The notes: generated from the letters alone by a model not told the origin. DNA of 64,000 bases from Eledone cirrhosa (GCA_964016885.1 OZ024740.1:56420001-56484000); one strand, 5' to 3'; positions 46,336 to 60,641 are shown, counted from the stretch's first letter. Translations and numbers: made by a program.

Positions 46336-46400
46336 TATTTTATCTGATGAAAGCGCACCATAGTTTGCTTGGTAGCCCTTGAAATATGTATAATGAAATA
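46336..46400 (+). ncRNA. Minimal hammerhead ribozyme
   Basis: tattttat-CTGATGA...GAAA-TATGTA-TA-atgaaata. Confidence 0.75.
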
Positions 46401-46530
46401 AATATGGTCTTATAAATATAGTTTCCATTTGTTAATATATTGTATATTTACTCCAATAATTTGTTGAGTGCTTTATATCAGTTATAAAAATATTTTGCTT
46501 GTTGTATCCCAACAAATTAAATATAGCTTC

Positions 46531-46591
<61 letters not shown>

Positions 46592-46632
46592 TATATATTA
46601 ATAAATGGAAACTATAATTATAAAACCATAAT

Positions 46633-46697
46633 TATTTTATTATATATATTTCAAGGACAACCAAGGCAACCTTGGTGCGCTTTCATCAGATAAAATA
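46633..46697 (-). ncRNA. Minimal hammerhead ribozyme
   Basis: Inverted mate of 47997-48061. Confidence 0.8.
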
Positions 46698-47996
46698 CAA
46701 GATTTGTTATATAAATATTGATATAACCGTGGAAAAACAACCTTGACGGTTGAAAGTTCACTGGATAGTGGAACATTTTTTTATTGAGGGTAATGCAAAG
46801 TTCTGTGTGATTATGCAAATGAATGTCCGAAAGATTGAAAAAAAACAACCGTTTATTTAAATTATACTGTTGGAAGAAGAGAGAGAAACATTTTTTTATA
46901 TTTAATATAATATTTTAAACATTTCTAAATATTTTAAAATATTTTAAATATTTTCAAATATTTCTTAATATTTCTTTATATTTTTGAATAATTTTAGGTT
47001 TTAATTATAATTCCTGAATAATTTTATGGTTTAATTTTTAAACGTTTTTAAATGTTTTTAAAAGGTTTTCGGGTATCTTCGAAGTCTTTTATTACATTTT
47101 TTAAAAAAATCACTTGAAAGTCTTCTTATAGTCTTAATTTTTATAGTCTGAATTTTTATACTTTTAATTAATTATCTAATTTCTAATTTTTTATAATTTT
47201 TTGTAATTTATTGTAATTTTTTAGTAACTTTTTCTAATTTTTGTAATTATTTAATATTACAGTTACAACCAGTAACAAACTATGGAGAAATATATCTTTA
47301 AACATATCATTGTCAAACTTACCTCATAATAATTAATAAATAAACAAAACTCGGATTTTCAATATTTTTCCAATCTAAAACATTAAACATATAAGTAATC
47401 TTATAGACTCAGTTAATTTAATTTAATTTAATTTAAATAATTTAACATCTATAACATGATATGCCCATCATACTTTCATATATCTATCTTTATATCTATG
47501 TTCCATTTGTAATATATTTTAATATATTTTAATATTTCTTAATATGTTTTAATATATCTTTTATCTTTAATATATCTTTATTTTTCCTTATATATAACTT
47601 TCTATATACTTATTATAGTAAAATTTAACATTAGTAAATATACGTAAAATAAATATCTAACATGAACATAGGACGTATTTACGATATACAAACTGATAAG
47701 TTTATTTCTTCGCTCCTTCTTTCTTCACTTTATTTTTCCACTATAACTCTACATATAATAATATTCTTTACTCTCTTTCTTTCTTCGCTCTTCTTTCTCT
47801 CCCTTTTTTCTCTCTCTTCTTCCAACAGTATAATTTAAATAAATGGTTGTTTTTTTTCAATCTTTCGGACATTCATTTGCATAATCACACAGAACTTTGA
47901 ATTACCCCCAATAAAACATTTTTCCACTATCCAGTGAACTTTCAACCATCAAGGTTGTTTTCCACGGTTATGTCAATATTTATAAAACAAATCTTG

Positions 47997-48061
47997 TATT
48001 TTATCTGATGAAAGCGCACCAAGTATGCCTTGGTTGTCCTTGAAATATATATAATAAAATA
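47997..48061 (+). ncRNA. Minimal hammerhead ribozyme
   Basis: tattttat-CTGATGA...GAAA-TATATA-TA-ataaaata. Confidence 0.8.
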
Positions 48062-48357
48062 ATTATGGTTTTATAAATATAGTTTCCATTTATTAATATA
48101 TTGAATATTTATTCCAGTACTCGGTTGAGTGCTTTAAGCTTGTTGGAATCCCAAAAAATTAAAGATAACTTCTGCATGTATATATATAACAAAGGAATTG
48201 TGGTAAGGAACCAGATGGACCATAACGCACCAGAGTACTCAATACTTAGGGTAGTAGAGTGGGAAATAGGAAAAAGTATGACTCCGACGGCAGAGCTCAA
48301 GCCGTTTCGACGGCTATTTCAGGACGCAGAAAAACTGCCGTCGGGGTCATACTTTTT

Positions 48358-48436
<79 letters not shown>

Positions 48437-48688
48437 GTGAGGTTTTTTTACAAAATGAAAAATAACCAAGGTGTCCTACACGAGTGAAAGTATAAAGAAA
48501 AAAAGATGAAATCGAAAATGCAACTGGAGTCTTATTTTTAAAAAATTATATATATTTATTTGGTTCCTTTACCGGGTTCGCAGTTCTTCTGCTTTTCAAA
48601 AGTAGAGTTGAGATGGAATATATATATATATATATATAAATCAGGAAAGAAGGTTGACATGGTTTGCTATACAAAAAAGGTTTTTAAT

Positions 48689-48807
48689 CTCATAGCTGAC
48701 AATTGTTTCTCTGAACTGGTAGGTCTAGAGATCGCTATTCGCTTATTTTCACGTTACTCGATCGCCAATACAAAATTATAACCAGTCAGTTCTTCGGAGC
48801 ATGCGAG
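48689..48807 (-). ncRNA. Variant hammerhead (CCGAAGA core, long stem II)
   Basis: ctcgcatgct-CCGAAGA-actgactggt...accagttcaga-GAAA-CAATTG-TC-agctatgag. Confidence 0.6.
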
Positions 48808-48927
48808 AATGAAGAGAATACACAGGCAAGAAAAGAATATACAGGCTACTATAAAGAAAAGAATCCCCAGTCTAGAAATAGCCGTCGAAACGGCTTGAGC
48901 TCTGCCGTCGGGGTCATACTTTTTCCC

Positions 48928-48977
<50 letters not shown>

Positions 48978-49201
48978 AATGGATAACAAAATATCGTTAT
49001 AGGCAATCCAGTTAGAGTTTGTGAATACTTCTTATTATGGATAGTTTTAGCGTACGGCTTTGTGTGACTCAACAAGAGGTTTACGTAGATGACGAGTTTA
49101 TGATTTAACTTGTATTCCTATGTAAGTTTATCTTGGAGTAATAAAATTGAAGAAATGTGAAGAATAACATGGTCAACAGTACAAAAAAGGGGAATTTATT
49201 T

Positions 49202-49313
49202 ACAGTCTAACAATTGTTTCTCTGCTTGAGTTGTCTAAAAATTGCAGAACACTAGAAGCAGTGCCACTCAATTTTAAATACGATGTTAGCTAATTCATGT
49301 CATCAGAAACTGT
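49202..49313 (-). ncRNA. Hammerhead with long stem II region
   Basis: acagttt-CTGATGA...GAAA-CAATTG-TT-agactgt; 7-bp stem I. Confidence 0.6.
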
Positions 49314-49346
49314 TTCTGTTGACCATGTTATTGTTCACATTTTTTC

Positions 49347-49418
<72 letters not shown>

Positions 49419-49427
49419 TGGTGTGTA

Positions 49428-49852
49428 TATTATTCAAAATATTAACAAATGAAAAATATTCTCATAATTAAAATATATACTTTATTATATATATTTCAGA
49501 GATACTGTGTTTTTTTTTTCAGTACGTCTTCATCAGACAAAATATATGATTTGATATATGACATACCGATACGGTCTTGGCAATACTGGAATTGAACAAT
49601 CAAGACCGTAGCGGTAAGTCATATATCAAATCATATATTTTGTCTGATGAAGACGTACTGAAAAAACAACACACTACCTCTGAAATATATATAATAAAGT
49701 ATATATTTTGATTATGAGAATATTTTTCATTTGTTAATATTTTGAATAATATTAAAAACTCCAGGAAAACTTTTTTCAGTTGAGTGCTTCTAATCTATTG
49801 TAAAATTGTATTCATTGAGTATTCAACGAACCATACTAATCTTTGATTATAT
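49428..49852 (+). mobile_element. Palindromic PLE end with hammerheads and tail
   Basis: Arms about 49428-49579 and 49601-49752. Confidence 0.8.
49633..49704 (+). ncRNA. Minimal hammerhead; inverted mate at about 49475-49547 (-)
   Basis: atatattttgt-CTGATGA-aga...tct-GAAA-TATATA-TA-ataaagtatat. Confidence 0.75.
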
Positions 49853-49860
49853 GTATATAT

Positions 49861-50276
49861 ATATTGGTAAACGGAATAGAAAATGCTGACAAATTGTTCA
49901 CAGTTGAAAAATGGTTTAATTAAGAATAAAAGAGTATTAGTGATTGTATGGGTTAGTATTCAGTTGTGGTTTTAAGGTTTTAAGTTTTTACCGGTTGCGC
50001 ATTTCTAAATGCTTTTCAAAAATAATTTTGAGATAGAGTGTCCGTGTTGTTTGCTCTGATCGGACACTCTATTTCAAAATTATTTTTGAAAAGCGTTTAG
50101 AAATGCGCAACCGGTAAAAACTTAAAAACTTAAAACCACAACTGAATACTAACCCATACAATCACTAATACTCTTTTATTCCTAATTAAACCATTTTTCA
50201 ACTGTGAACAATTTGTCAGCATTTTCTATTCCGTTTACCAATATATAATAACTTGTGTGTTACACCTCTATTCTTT

Positions 50277-50280
<4 letters not shown>
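49861..50280. mobile_element. Palindromic repeat, probable PLE end (relative at 6881-7075)
   Basis: Arms about 49861-50044 and 50061-50245; GAAA-TGCGCA palindrome like a hammerhead 3' half. Confidence 0.7.
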
Positions 50281-50314
<34 letters not shown>

Positions 50315-50342
50315 TATGTGTGTATGTATATATATATATATA

Positions 50343-50542
50343 TCAGAATGGAAGCGGTAAAAACCAGTTAGACCATTACTCACCAGAGTACTCGATACTT
50401 GGAGTAGTAGAGTGGGTAATATGAAAAATACGGGACCTCGACGGCTGAGCTCCTGCCGTTTCAACAGTAAGATCCGAACATTCGGATCTAGCTTTTGAAA
50501 CGGCAGGAGCTCAGCCGTCGGGGTCCCGAATTTTTCATATAT
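50343..50542. mobile_element. Palindromic PLE end with full stem III hammerhead half (relatives at 7105-7172, 45968-46040, 48188-48360, 48870-48930)
   Basis: GAAA-cggc...gccg-TC on both arms, 50419-50540. Confidence 0.7.
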
Positions 50543-50576
50543 ATATCTACAAAGAGAGAGAAAGAGTGCAACTTAC

Positions 50577-50667
50577 CTTCAGCCAAACTGGGTTCTGGTT
50601 TTGTATAGGTGGGTGTACCACTCTCCGCTGCTGTTTTGTAGCTGGCACACGCTTCTGCCTCTACACC
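50577..50667 (-). CDS. Threonine ammonia-lyase-like exon (GVEAEACASYKTAAESGTPTYTKPEPSLAEG)
   Basis: cag|GGT...GAAG|gtaagt boundaries; GVE and (T/S)LA(D/E)G family motifs; 91 bp. Confidence 0.93.
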
Positions 50668-50721
50668 CTGAAGAGTTATTGATAATATGCATATCAACTA
50701 GAATAACATTAAACGTGCAGA

Positions 50722-51560
50722 TAATAATTGTTTCTACTTTTGGCACAAGGCCAGCAATGGCCCAGTACATTACTGGTACTTTATTTTATCGACCCCGTAA
50801 GAATGAAAGGCAAAGTTAACCTCGGCGGGATTTGAACTCAGTCCGTAAAGGGACGTAACTCTGTGCTGCAAAGCATGTCTAACAATGGCTTCTTATATAA
50901 GCACAAGGCCAGCAATTTTGTGGGACGGGGAAGTCGATTAAGTCGACTCCAGTGCGTTACTGGTACTTTATTTTGTCGACCCTGTAAAGATGAAAGGCAA
51001 AGCTAACCGAGGCAGGATTTGAACGTAAAGGGCTGTAACTCTATACCGTAAATTATGTCTAACCCTCTATCGATACTGTCAAATAATAATAATATTTCTT
51101 TTTATAATATACTGGAATATTTATTTAACAAATAAAAATAGTATCCACAGCACAAAGTAGAGCAACATTGAGCCCTTGCCTTTCCCTCCTGTTTCCGTAT
51201 TCATAATAATTGTTTCTATTTTTGGCACAAGGCCAGCAATTACCCAGTACATTACTGGTATTTTATTTTATCGACCCCGTAAGGATGAAAGGCAAAGTTA
51301 ATCTCGACGGGATTTGAACTCAGACCGTAAAGGGACGTAACTATGCTAGAAAGCATGGCGTCCAACTGCCAACTCACCGCCCTCATTCCGTATTTATAAT
51401 AATAATTGTTTTTGATTTAGGCACAAACCCAACAATTTTGGGTTAAGTGTAAAGACAATTAAATCGCTCCCAGTTCTTTACTAGAATTTTATTTTGTCAA
51501 ACGTGCAAGGATGAAAGGATGAAAGTCAATGTTAACCTCGGTGGGATTTAAACTCGGTAT
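50722..51560 (-). mobile_element. Cluster of four SINE family 1 copies
   Basis: Repeated ggcacaaggccagcaat...gggatttgaactcag units. Confidence 0.8.
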
Positions 51561-51792
51561 ATAAAGAGGCGCAGCAATTATTCCAAAGTATTTTGACCAA
51601 CGGTTTATCACATAAGCAGTCGGGATATAACGTGCATCTACAACAATGAAGCACCATCAATTTCATAGTTTCCTTGCTCAATTGGCATATGGGAAATATC
51701 GTATAGGTGATAGCAATCAGGTTTATATTGTCACTCACATGACTGCATCCTTTTGATTTTTTAAATAATTGCCCCCCATATCTATCTAAAAT

Positions 51793-52422
51793 ATGAAGTC
51801 TAGCTCATCTTTGAAAACAAAGATATATACACTCTTCTCTCTTATGTTCAAAATGCAGTTCTTATTCTTCACCTATATGTCGGCCCTGTACGACATATGT
51901 CAAAAGTCCCAGCCATGACTATTCCATCTACTAATAGTGTACCAAGAAAATCATTTTTCAACGAACGTGTTTTGCCATTTTTACATGATTATAATGTAAA
52001 GTAGACAACAGAATCTGAAGAAAATAGTCAAGATATATGTCTAAAATATAATAAATACAAGCAATTCAAAGTGGAACAAATTGTTTAACCACGAGGAAGA
52101 AGAGGGATCATCATGTTGGAGAGAAACACAAGAAAATCTTATCTCTCTGACGATGTGTTCTTCTCGAAACTATAATCTTTCTCTCTGCCTCAGAGGAAAC
52201 CAATTTATTTCGCTTTTCAGCTAATAATAACATAGTTTAACTTTTATTCCACAACTATTTTCTTTTCAGTAATACAGTCTACCCCGGCACTCGCGCTCTC
52301 AACATTCGCGGAATTATCCTCAGAAACCTAACTAATATTTGTTAGTAGAATAAGAACTGCATTTTGAACATAAAAGAGAAGAGTGTATATATCTTTGTTT
52401 TCAAAGATGAGCTAGACTTCAT
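51793..52422. repeat. 76-bp inverted repeat with about 480-bp spacer
   Basis: 51793-51868 is the reverse complement of 52347-52422. Confidence 0.8.
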
Positions 52423-53729
52423 CGTTTATTTGCGGAATCGTAAATATCTTCCGCGATTTTTTTATGGCTCTTTTCGTGGCAATATATATATTTTTAACGC
52501 TAAATTATTAATAACAATATACCGTATTTGCCTGCCTATGGGATACTCCTTCACATAAGACGCTCCTCCTTTTTTATTATATTTTACGTTATATTTTGAC
52601 GTTTATAGACATTTTTATGAACCACGTCAAATATTCGCGATTTTTCACTCTTCGCAGGTGCCCTAGCAGCGTAGCCCCCCCGAATACGGGGGGGGGGGGG
52701 ACTGAATATCTAAGTAAACTGTTATATCTTTAGGGGGGCAATGAATTGTCAAAATCGTTAATACGTCGGATTGAACGGTTTACTGTGTTTGTTCCGACTC
52801 TCTCAGCTCTAACTTCAAAACCTGCGAAGGTTTCTCTCTCACTCTCCTTTTCTCTCCCCATTCTCTCTCTCTCTCTCTAGCTCTCTCTAGCTCTCTCTAG
52901 CTCTCTCTAGCTCTCGCTTTCTTCTTGTAATCGGCTACTTTACTCTGAGAGAAAATCCCTCAAAATCCATTTCTCCAGAAATGGGGAACAGTTGATCGAG
53001 GAACTAGTAACCTCTTCTCGTAGAAACAATCATATGCTTCTGAAACTCTCTAATGGCGGTGTGGTGTGCAATATAACACACAGCAGAAGCACAGAAGAAG
53101 AAATTATGTACTATTTTTATGGCCTGGTCAAGGAGAAAGAGCAGCCTCCATGATCATTTTCTGGACTGGAGGAGAAAATGGAGTGACAATCCATAACTCG
53201 TGGATTGTTGTAGTAGAAAGCAAGACATCACGACCGCAATAAGCCGGCAGGTGATAGTCAAGATCTACTATCTAGGAACAAGTATAAACCACCCGACAAG
53301 CTTCGATAAAGTGTCCGTCTACACAATTTCACTCACAAGACGCTTTTGTAGGAGAAAACTTTTCAAGGTGTCAGGCAATGGAATGTATCCGAAACCACAT
53401 GACTACAAAGCAAACTTTTAAACCATAGAACCACATCCACGACCATATTTGTAACATTTATATTATATCTACTACACTACTGTCTCCCTAAAACGACCAG
53501 TGCTGTCTGTTGATCTCTGAGCAGTGGACGACAATAGCTGGTTGAATGTTTCCATGAGATTCTTTCAAACTTTTAACACATATATTGTCTTCTGCAAAAT
53601 CTGACAGAAAAAAATATATTTTTACTCATCAAACCTCAGTCTAGGTAATATATAACTCAATGTAGCACAGGAATGTACCACAGTCTTCGGTCATTCGATA
53701 GAAGTATTACTATAGTTTTGTAATAAATA

Positions 53730-54205
53730 TAATAATTGTTTCTACTTTTGGCACAAGGCCAGCAATTATCCCAGTGCATTACTGGTACTTTATTTTATCG
53801 ACCCTGTAAGGATGAAAGGCAAAGTAACCTCGGCGGGATTTGAACTCAGATCGCAAAGGGACGTAACTACGCTGGAAAGCATGTCCGACCCTCTACCGAT
53901 ACTGCCAATTCAACGCCCTAAAGGTAAATTTGAACTTAGCATCGTTTGAACCCATGAGATAAACAGCCGTAACGAAACCTTGCACAACATTTGTCCGACA
54001 CTCTAACGATTCTGCCAATTAGGTAATAAATATAATAATTGTTTCTATTTTTTTGGCACAAGGCCAGCAATTACCCAATACATTACTGGTACTTTATTTT
54101 ATCGACCCCGTAAGGATGAAAGGCAAAGTTAACCTCGACGGGATTTGAACTCAGATCGTAAAGGGACGTAACTATGCTGCAAAGCATGGCGTCCGACTCT
54201 CTACC
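53730..54205 (-). mobile_element. Tandem SINE family 1 copies
   Basis: Two full units plus a diverged head. Confidence 0.8.
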
Positions 54206-55768
54206 AAACGCTTATACTAACGTTATTTAATCTAAATTTCATTTACGAATTAATATTACCATTATGGAAGCAATCGATAGAATGTGGCCGAATCAATAGG
54301 TAATCAATTCAATCCCCATAACTGAAAATGAGTACCAAGTTGAGTGGAAAACTGACAACGTAAATGGCAATTGGTCAGTCATTAATGGATACACCTGAAT
54401 GGGTGTATCTATAATCAAAAACATGGACTAAAGAAAGTAGTAGCGGTAATACTAAAAATGATTTATACTTTAAGCACAATGCCAATCATTTGGAGGTAAG
54501 GGGAAATTCGATTAAATCATCAAAACCAGTACTAGACTGGTGCTAAAGTGTATACACCCCGGAAGGCTTAAAAGCAAAGTTTACATCAGCAGGATTTAAA
54601 CTCAGAACATAAAGAGCTGCTATATAAACAGCAAGGCATATTCTGCCCTAAGCAGTAGCACCAATAAAATCAGTTATGCTAAAGCAATAAGTCCTAATAT
54701 TAAAATCAGACGATTTCTAGAAGTAAACGAATAAATGTGGACAGAGCTGGAAGGGAAATAAATAAAAGAGATGAAAAGCAAATTGAACGTAAAAAACATA
54801 ACAAATAAATGTTTGAACGTTTGAGAAGCTTTTTTCAAATGTTATGAGATTTTGTAGTTTGATGCAAATGTGATATTTCTTTATCCATTTGTCAACATTG
54901 TTAATTAGTATCTCAGATTTCTGAAATTAAATATTTGTTAAATTGCAGAAAGTAAATTTGAAAGCATTTTTTTGTGTTATTATAGCTGGTTATTTTGTTA
55001 TCCTGCTGTTCTAAGAAATTGGATTTTATGTTCATCAAGACTCTATTATGTAGTTTTAATAAGGTTACATCAATGTCTATGACACGATGGTGCCTAATTC
55101 CGTATATTAACCTTTGGTTAAAAAGCAGAGCTTAGGTCATATTTACTGAGAAACACAACATTTTTACCCTTAAACATTTCAAACTTGTATGCAAGAGCAG
55201 CAATGTTCTTCTAAATGACCTCAATATTCTCTTATTTATCGCAACCTATTTATTTGACATTTGTCTTAAACCTGACACTTGATTCACTTATCTCAAAAGA
55301 GAGCAACGCATATTATAATAGGATTATAAAATCTGATTTCAGAAAATGATAAATATAAAATAGCGATCTAAAATGAAGCCGAAACGGTTTTCTCTTCATA
55401 ACTTTTTTTCTTAAGCAAATGTTTATGGAGGAAGACGAAATTTGAAACTAGAATATTATTGATATTTATTGTATCGATCATTCGAAGGAGTAAAGAGATA
55501 AAAGTTAACAAGGACAGAATTTCAATTCTTAACCAAGACGAAATTGTTTCATAAAATATTTTGTGCTGTTCTAATAACTCGATGAACTAGATTATCTGGT
55601 ATATGTATATATATATATATATGTGTGTGTGTGTGAGTGTGTGGTGCGTGGTGTGTGTGGTGTGTGGTGTGTGATGTGTGTCTGTGCGTGCGCGCGTGCG
55701 TGTGTGTGTAGACTAGTAAGACCATCATTCAGCTTAGTACTCGTAACTTAAGAAAGTAGAGTCTAGGC

Positions 55769-56058
55769 TAGTCATGGGCAACCTGCGACCCGCGAAGCTT
55801 TCTGAATGGCTCGCCTAAGTCACCAAAGTGAAATCTTTCTGATTTTTTTACCTCAACTTTTCAGTCGTAATTGAACTTTCTATCATTTTTACGATTGAGG
55901 AAAACAACGTGTACGAATTCTGAAGAAACAAATCAAAACAACCCGAGTTACTGCCCCCTTTTTTATGTGGGCACGAATGTAAATTAGTGGTTGCGGCTCG
56001 CCTTATGATGAGCCATATCTCATGCGGCCCTCTTCTCGAAAAAGGTTGCCCATGCCTG
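55769..56058. mobile_element. hAT-type MITE
   Basis: TIRs tagtcatgggcaacct / aggttgcccatgcctg; 8-bp TSD gtctaggc / gtctaggt. Confidence 0.85.
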
Positions 56059-56355
56059 GTCTAGGTATTATGAGTCTCTGCTCGATGACTGTGTTCTTGC
56101 AGGTTGGACCGCGAGTGGACAATTAAATTATTTTTTTCTGTTAGTTTGTTCCAAACAACGTCTCCTCGGGGGTGTGGTCATAGTTTGGTTAACATGTATT
56201 GGAAATGGAGTTAAGTTAGAAAAGGGTGAAGTAGTAGGAGAGGGTGGAATGTTTTTTTGGGGGGGTTAACGAGTAATATTTATGGTGGCGTCCTTGATAA
56301 TTATCTCGATTCAAAAGATTCAAAAACACGAAGATTCTACCTAAATGCACACGCA

Positions 56356-56432
<77 letters not shown>

Positions 56433-56845
56433 AATAAACTAATTACTGTTGAAACTTTGATTTATGTATCCCCTAGCTTTTGGAGGATATGTGGTATGGT
56501 GGTGCTGTGAGTATGTACTACTTTGTGTGTGTGTGTGTGTGCTTTTTACCGCCTTAAAGGATCATTTTTCCTATTTTTAGAGCAAGTTTATTGCAACTGA
56601 CTGTACTCACAGTTACTATGCGTTTGAGCAGAGTATATTTTTTATAAATTTTATATTTCTGCGTTTCGTAAGTTCGAAAGAACGAGGTTCGCTTACAATG
56701 TTTGTTTACATATTCAAAGCTACTTTATTCAGCTCCTTAGGTGAGACGGTAAGATGATGTCAGAGGACCATATGTATATGTTTAATACATGTGTGTGTGC
56801 GTGTGAGTGCATAATTTCTAATAAATATCGCCAGCTATGTAGATA

Positions 56846-57790
56846 TTCTTCTTCGCTCACTTATACTTGGTCAGGTCGAGGGGACTAAGACCCCAAGAAA
56901 GCTTCCAACGAGTCCTGTCAGAAGTGACCGTCTCCAATTGATCCAGCAGGATCCACAAGCGCGACCAGACGAGCGCATGGATGTTATCCAACCATCTTGC
57001 TAGGGCTCTATTACCCGGGTCACCTGCCAGTTGGTTTTGCCCGTAAATTCTGTCCAGCTATTTTTCTTGAAACATTCTAACCACATATCCGTAGCATAGG
57101 TGCTGAGATCTCTCGATTCGGAGAAGCAGCGGCTCTACCTGGAGTGACTCTTTTATCTCCGCGCTACGCGTTCTATCCAGTAAATTTGCTCTAAAGACCC
57201 TTCGGAGGGACCCCGTTTCGGTTGCTTCTATTCCCGATCGTATTCTTTTGGTCATGAACATTGAAAATGGTTTGCATGAATACCGAATTGAAGATAGCGA
57301 GATGACCGAATGCTGAAACTGGTGCATTATTACGAGGTTAACTTTGCCTTTCATCCTTACGAGGTCGATAAAATAAAGTACCAGTTATGTACTGGGTTTT
57401 TGCTGGCCTTGTGCCAAAAAGTAGAAACAATTATTACACCAGCTCCTACAATATTTGTTCATAATTCAGTCTTCTGCCTTCCATTACACGTGAGTACAGT
57501 CCCGAGATACTTGAACTTTTCCACCTGTATAGTGCACTGGGCAGGCCTCCTTGCAGTCTTCGCAGCATTGATTTTTATTCCTGCCGTGCAGCACTCAGCA
57601 GCAAACCTTATCAAGAGCATACCGGAGATCAGCTTCTAATGAGTTAACTAGTACCAAGTCGTCTGCAAGTTCCAGCCGACTGATCCTACACCCACCAGTC
57701 TTGATACAACTTCCAAACGCGGCTGCGTATGTCAATCCTGTTCATGAAGATTATGAACAGGAGAGGTGACAGTACGCACACTTAGCGGAA
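56846..57790 (-). mobile_element. RTE LINE 3' part with (GAA) tail, interrupted by a SINE
   Basis: CVLSPLLFIIFM, ADDLVL, FKYLG, DR.RS.EI...L.VEPLLLRIERSQ. Confidence 0.8.
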
Positions 57791-57865
57791 TCAGAACACA
57801 AAAGCTAGGGCATCCGTATAAAGACCTGCTATAAAAATATTAGTATTATAATAAAGTTACTTAAC

Positions 57866-58028
57866 AATAATTTTACAAGTTGGTAGAAGAAACTTGATTG
57901 CCACAGCACAGCCAGCGATTAGACCTCCTCCACCAATTGGTATAATGCATGCATCTAAATCAGGAATTTGCTCAGCAATTTCAAGGCCTATAGTCCCAGC
58001 ACCTGCTACCATATCAGGATGATCGTAT
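57866..58028 (-). CDS. Threonine ammonia-lyase (threonine dehydratase)-like gene, most 5' exon visible (YDHPDMVAGAGTIGLEI...IPIGGGGLIAG...CKII)
   Basis: Manual translation gives the fold-type II PLP enzyme motifs DHP..AG.GT.GLEI and PxGGGGL. AG acceptor and GT donor; 163 bp, in phase with the next exon. Confidence 0.93.
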
Positions 58029-58429
58029 CTGTATAAAATAATTTATAGTAAACGAATCACTCGCATACCCATATTAATAAAATGTGATTTCATTTCAGTT
58101 AATTTAAACAAATAGACGAATAGATGCCTAATTATGTATCAATCTATTGACATGCGTAGTAATTTATTTACATAACACATAGACATACATACATACATAA
58201 ACTGCATATACGCATGTATAGACACAAAATGTATCTACGTGTACATATATGCCTCAACACATACATATCCACGTATGCAATAACACCCATATCTACACTC
58301 TCACACAGAGACATACATGCGTATTTACTTAGTTCGTGTCTAAATTCCAATGAAAGAGTTTTGACTTTAAGTTAGAAACTGACTCTATCTATTGGTAAAC
58401 ATTTATAAAATAACACCAGGTGAACTTAC

Positions 58430-58845
58430 ATACATACGTGATGGCTGCAAACTAATGTTCGAGCATTGCCATCACCTGATAAAATACTAAAATTGTGAGG
58501 CACGAATGTGGCTCTTTAAACCAGCCAAAGACTTGTACCCTCTGGCACATATATGGCAACTACAGGCTCCTCCGGGACTTTCCAGTGCTTTGTTCTGGCT
58601 CTGTGTTCTCATGTGCCTTTTAAGACCTCCCCTGCTAGCACATTCCTTGCCACATTCCTTACACCTTTTCAGATCATAATCTACATGAGATCTACTGGTA
58701 TGACTTTGTTCGGGTCTAGTCAAACCAGCTTTACTCAGGCAGACTCGACCACAATGCTGGCAAACCAGATGATGTTCAACAACAGTCAGTTCAGAACATC
58801 TCCTTTCCTTACCTTCCTTTTCAGTGTAAGGTGCTCTCTCCGATG
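58430..58845 (-). mobile_element. RTE LINE 3' end with two C2H2-like zinc fingers and gcagccatca(tgta)-type tail
   Basis: CKECGK.C.S..GL..H and CHIC.R...S..GL.SH in ORF 58487-58723. Confidence 0.7.
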
Positions 58846-58859
58846 AGTTTCAAACCGAG

Positions 58860-59037
58860 TTTCAAGACTTATCTTCGTTTCCAAAGTTCTGACACCATGG
58901 CTCTTCAGGAGGCCAGCGAGACTTACTTAGTTGGTCTCTTCGAAGATACCAACTTGTGCGCTATCCACGCCAAGAGAGTGACCATCATGCCCAAAGACAT
59001 CCAACTTGCCCACAGAATCCGTGGTGAGAGAGCTTAA
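58860..59037 (+). pseudogene. H3: Histone H3 C-terminal fragment (5'-truncated, mutated)
   Basis: [53 protein letters not shown]. Confidence 0.93.
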
Positions 59038-59430
59038 GATGTTACAACTTGGGTGTCTGTTTGATGCATACATACATACTTGCATACCTACATACATACA
59101 TGTTGATTGCTACTTTTCAGAAGTATACTTCCGAGACACACAAAGCTATTCACCAGTTAAAGTCCTTTTCCTCTCACAAAAATATCTGACTCCACATACA
59201 CATCCCCAATGGCTGGAGTGTACATGGACTTTGTCTTTGTTTGCTAAGATTTAGCCCAAATGCAGTGATTGTATTGGAGCGGGTGTACAATATCAATTAC
59301 ATGTCGTTTACTCTGTGAGCCACAAAATTTGCATCATCAGCATACAGGAACTCCCTGACAAGATTGCCAAATATTTTGGACCTAGATTTAAAACGTCTTA
59401 GATTAAAAACTTTGCCAGAGGTTCTAAATA

Positions 59431-59648
59431 GTGATTTCTAGTATAGGCACAAGGCCAGTAATTTGAGGGAAGGAGAAAGTTGATTAAATCGACCCCAGTA
59501 CGTTACTGGTGCTTTATTTTATCAACCCCGTAAAGATGAAAGGCAAAGTGAACCTCGGTGGGATTTGAACTCAGAAGGTAAAGGACCGTAACGCTATGAT
59601 GCAAAGCATGGTGTCCGACTCTACCGATATTGCCAATCCACCGCCCTT
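59431..59648 (-). mobile_element. SINE family 1 with 14-bp TSD
   Basis: agaggttctaaata at 59417-59430 and 59649-59662. Confidence 0.85.
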
Positions 59649-59848
59649 AGAGGTTCTAAATACTAAGAATTCTTCTAGTTCTGCAGAATTCATTTCCATA
59701 TGAAATAAATATATATCATCTGTACTAATCCACCAGGTATATATATAATATATATATATATATAATATATATTTATATATATAATATATATATATATATA
59801 ATATATATTTATATATATAATATATATATATATATATAATATATATGT

Positions 59849-59880
<32 letters not shown>

Positions 59881-60048
59881 ATATATATGTATATATATAT
59901 AATATATATATATACATATATAATATATATATATAATATATATATATAGTATATATATATATATAATATATATATATATATATAATATATATGTATATAT
60001 ATATAATATATATATACATATATAATATATATATATAATATATATATA

Positions 60049-60530
<482 letters not shown>

Positions 60531-60551
60531 ATATATATATATATATACATA

Positions 60552-60641
<90 letters not shown>

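Larger units (their letters stand above)
46592..48180 (+). mobile_element. Non-coding PLE 3' remnant with inverted pLTR (46592-46885 against about 47811-48101) and tail
   Basis: About 290-bp inverted arms, hammerheads, AT-rich interior; same family as about 283-540 and 46330-46533. Confidence 0.8.

Noticed and set aside
50722-51560. CRISPR-like regularly repeated units
   Set aside because: These are clustered SINE copies in eukaryotic DNA with no repeat-spacer structure.
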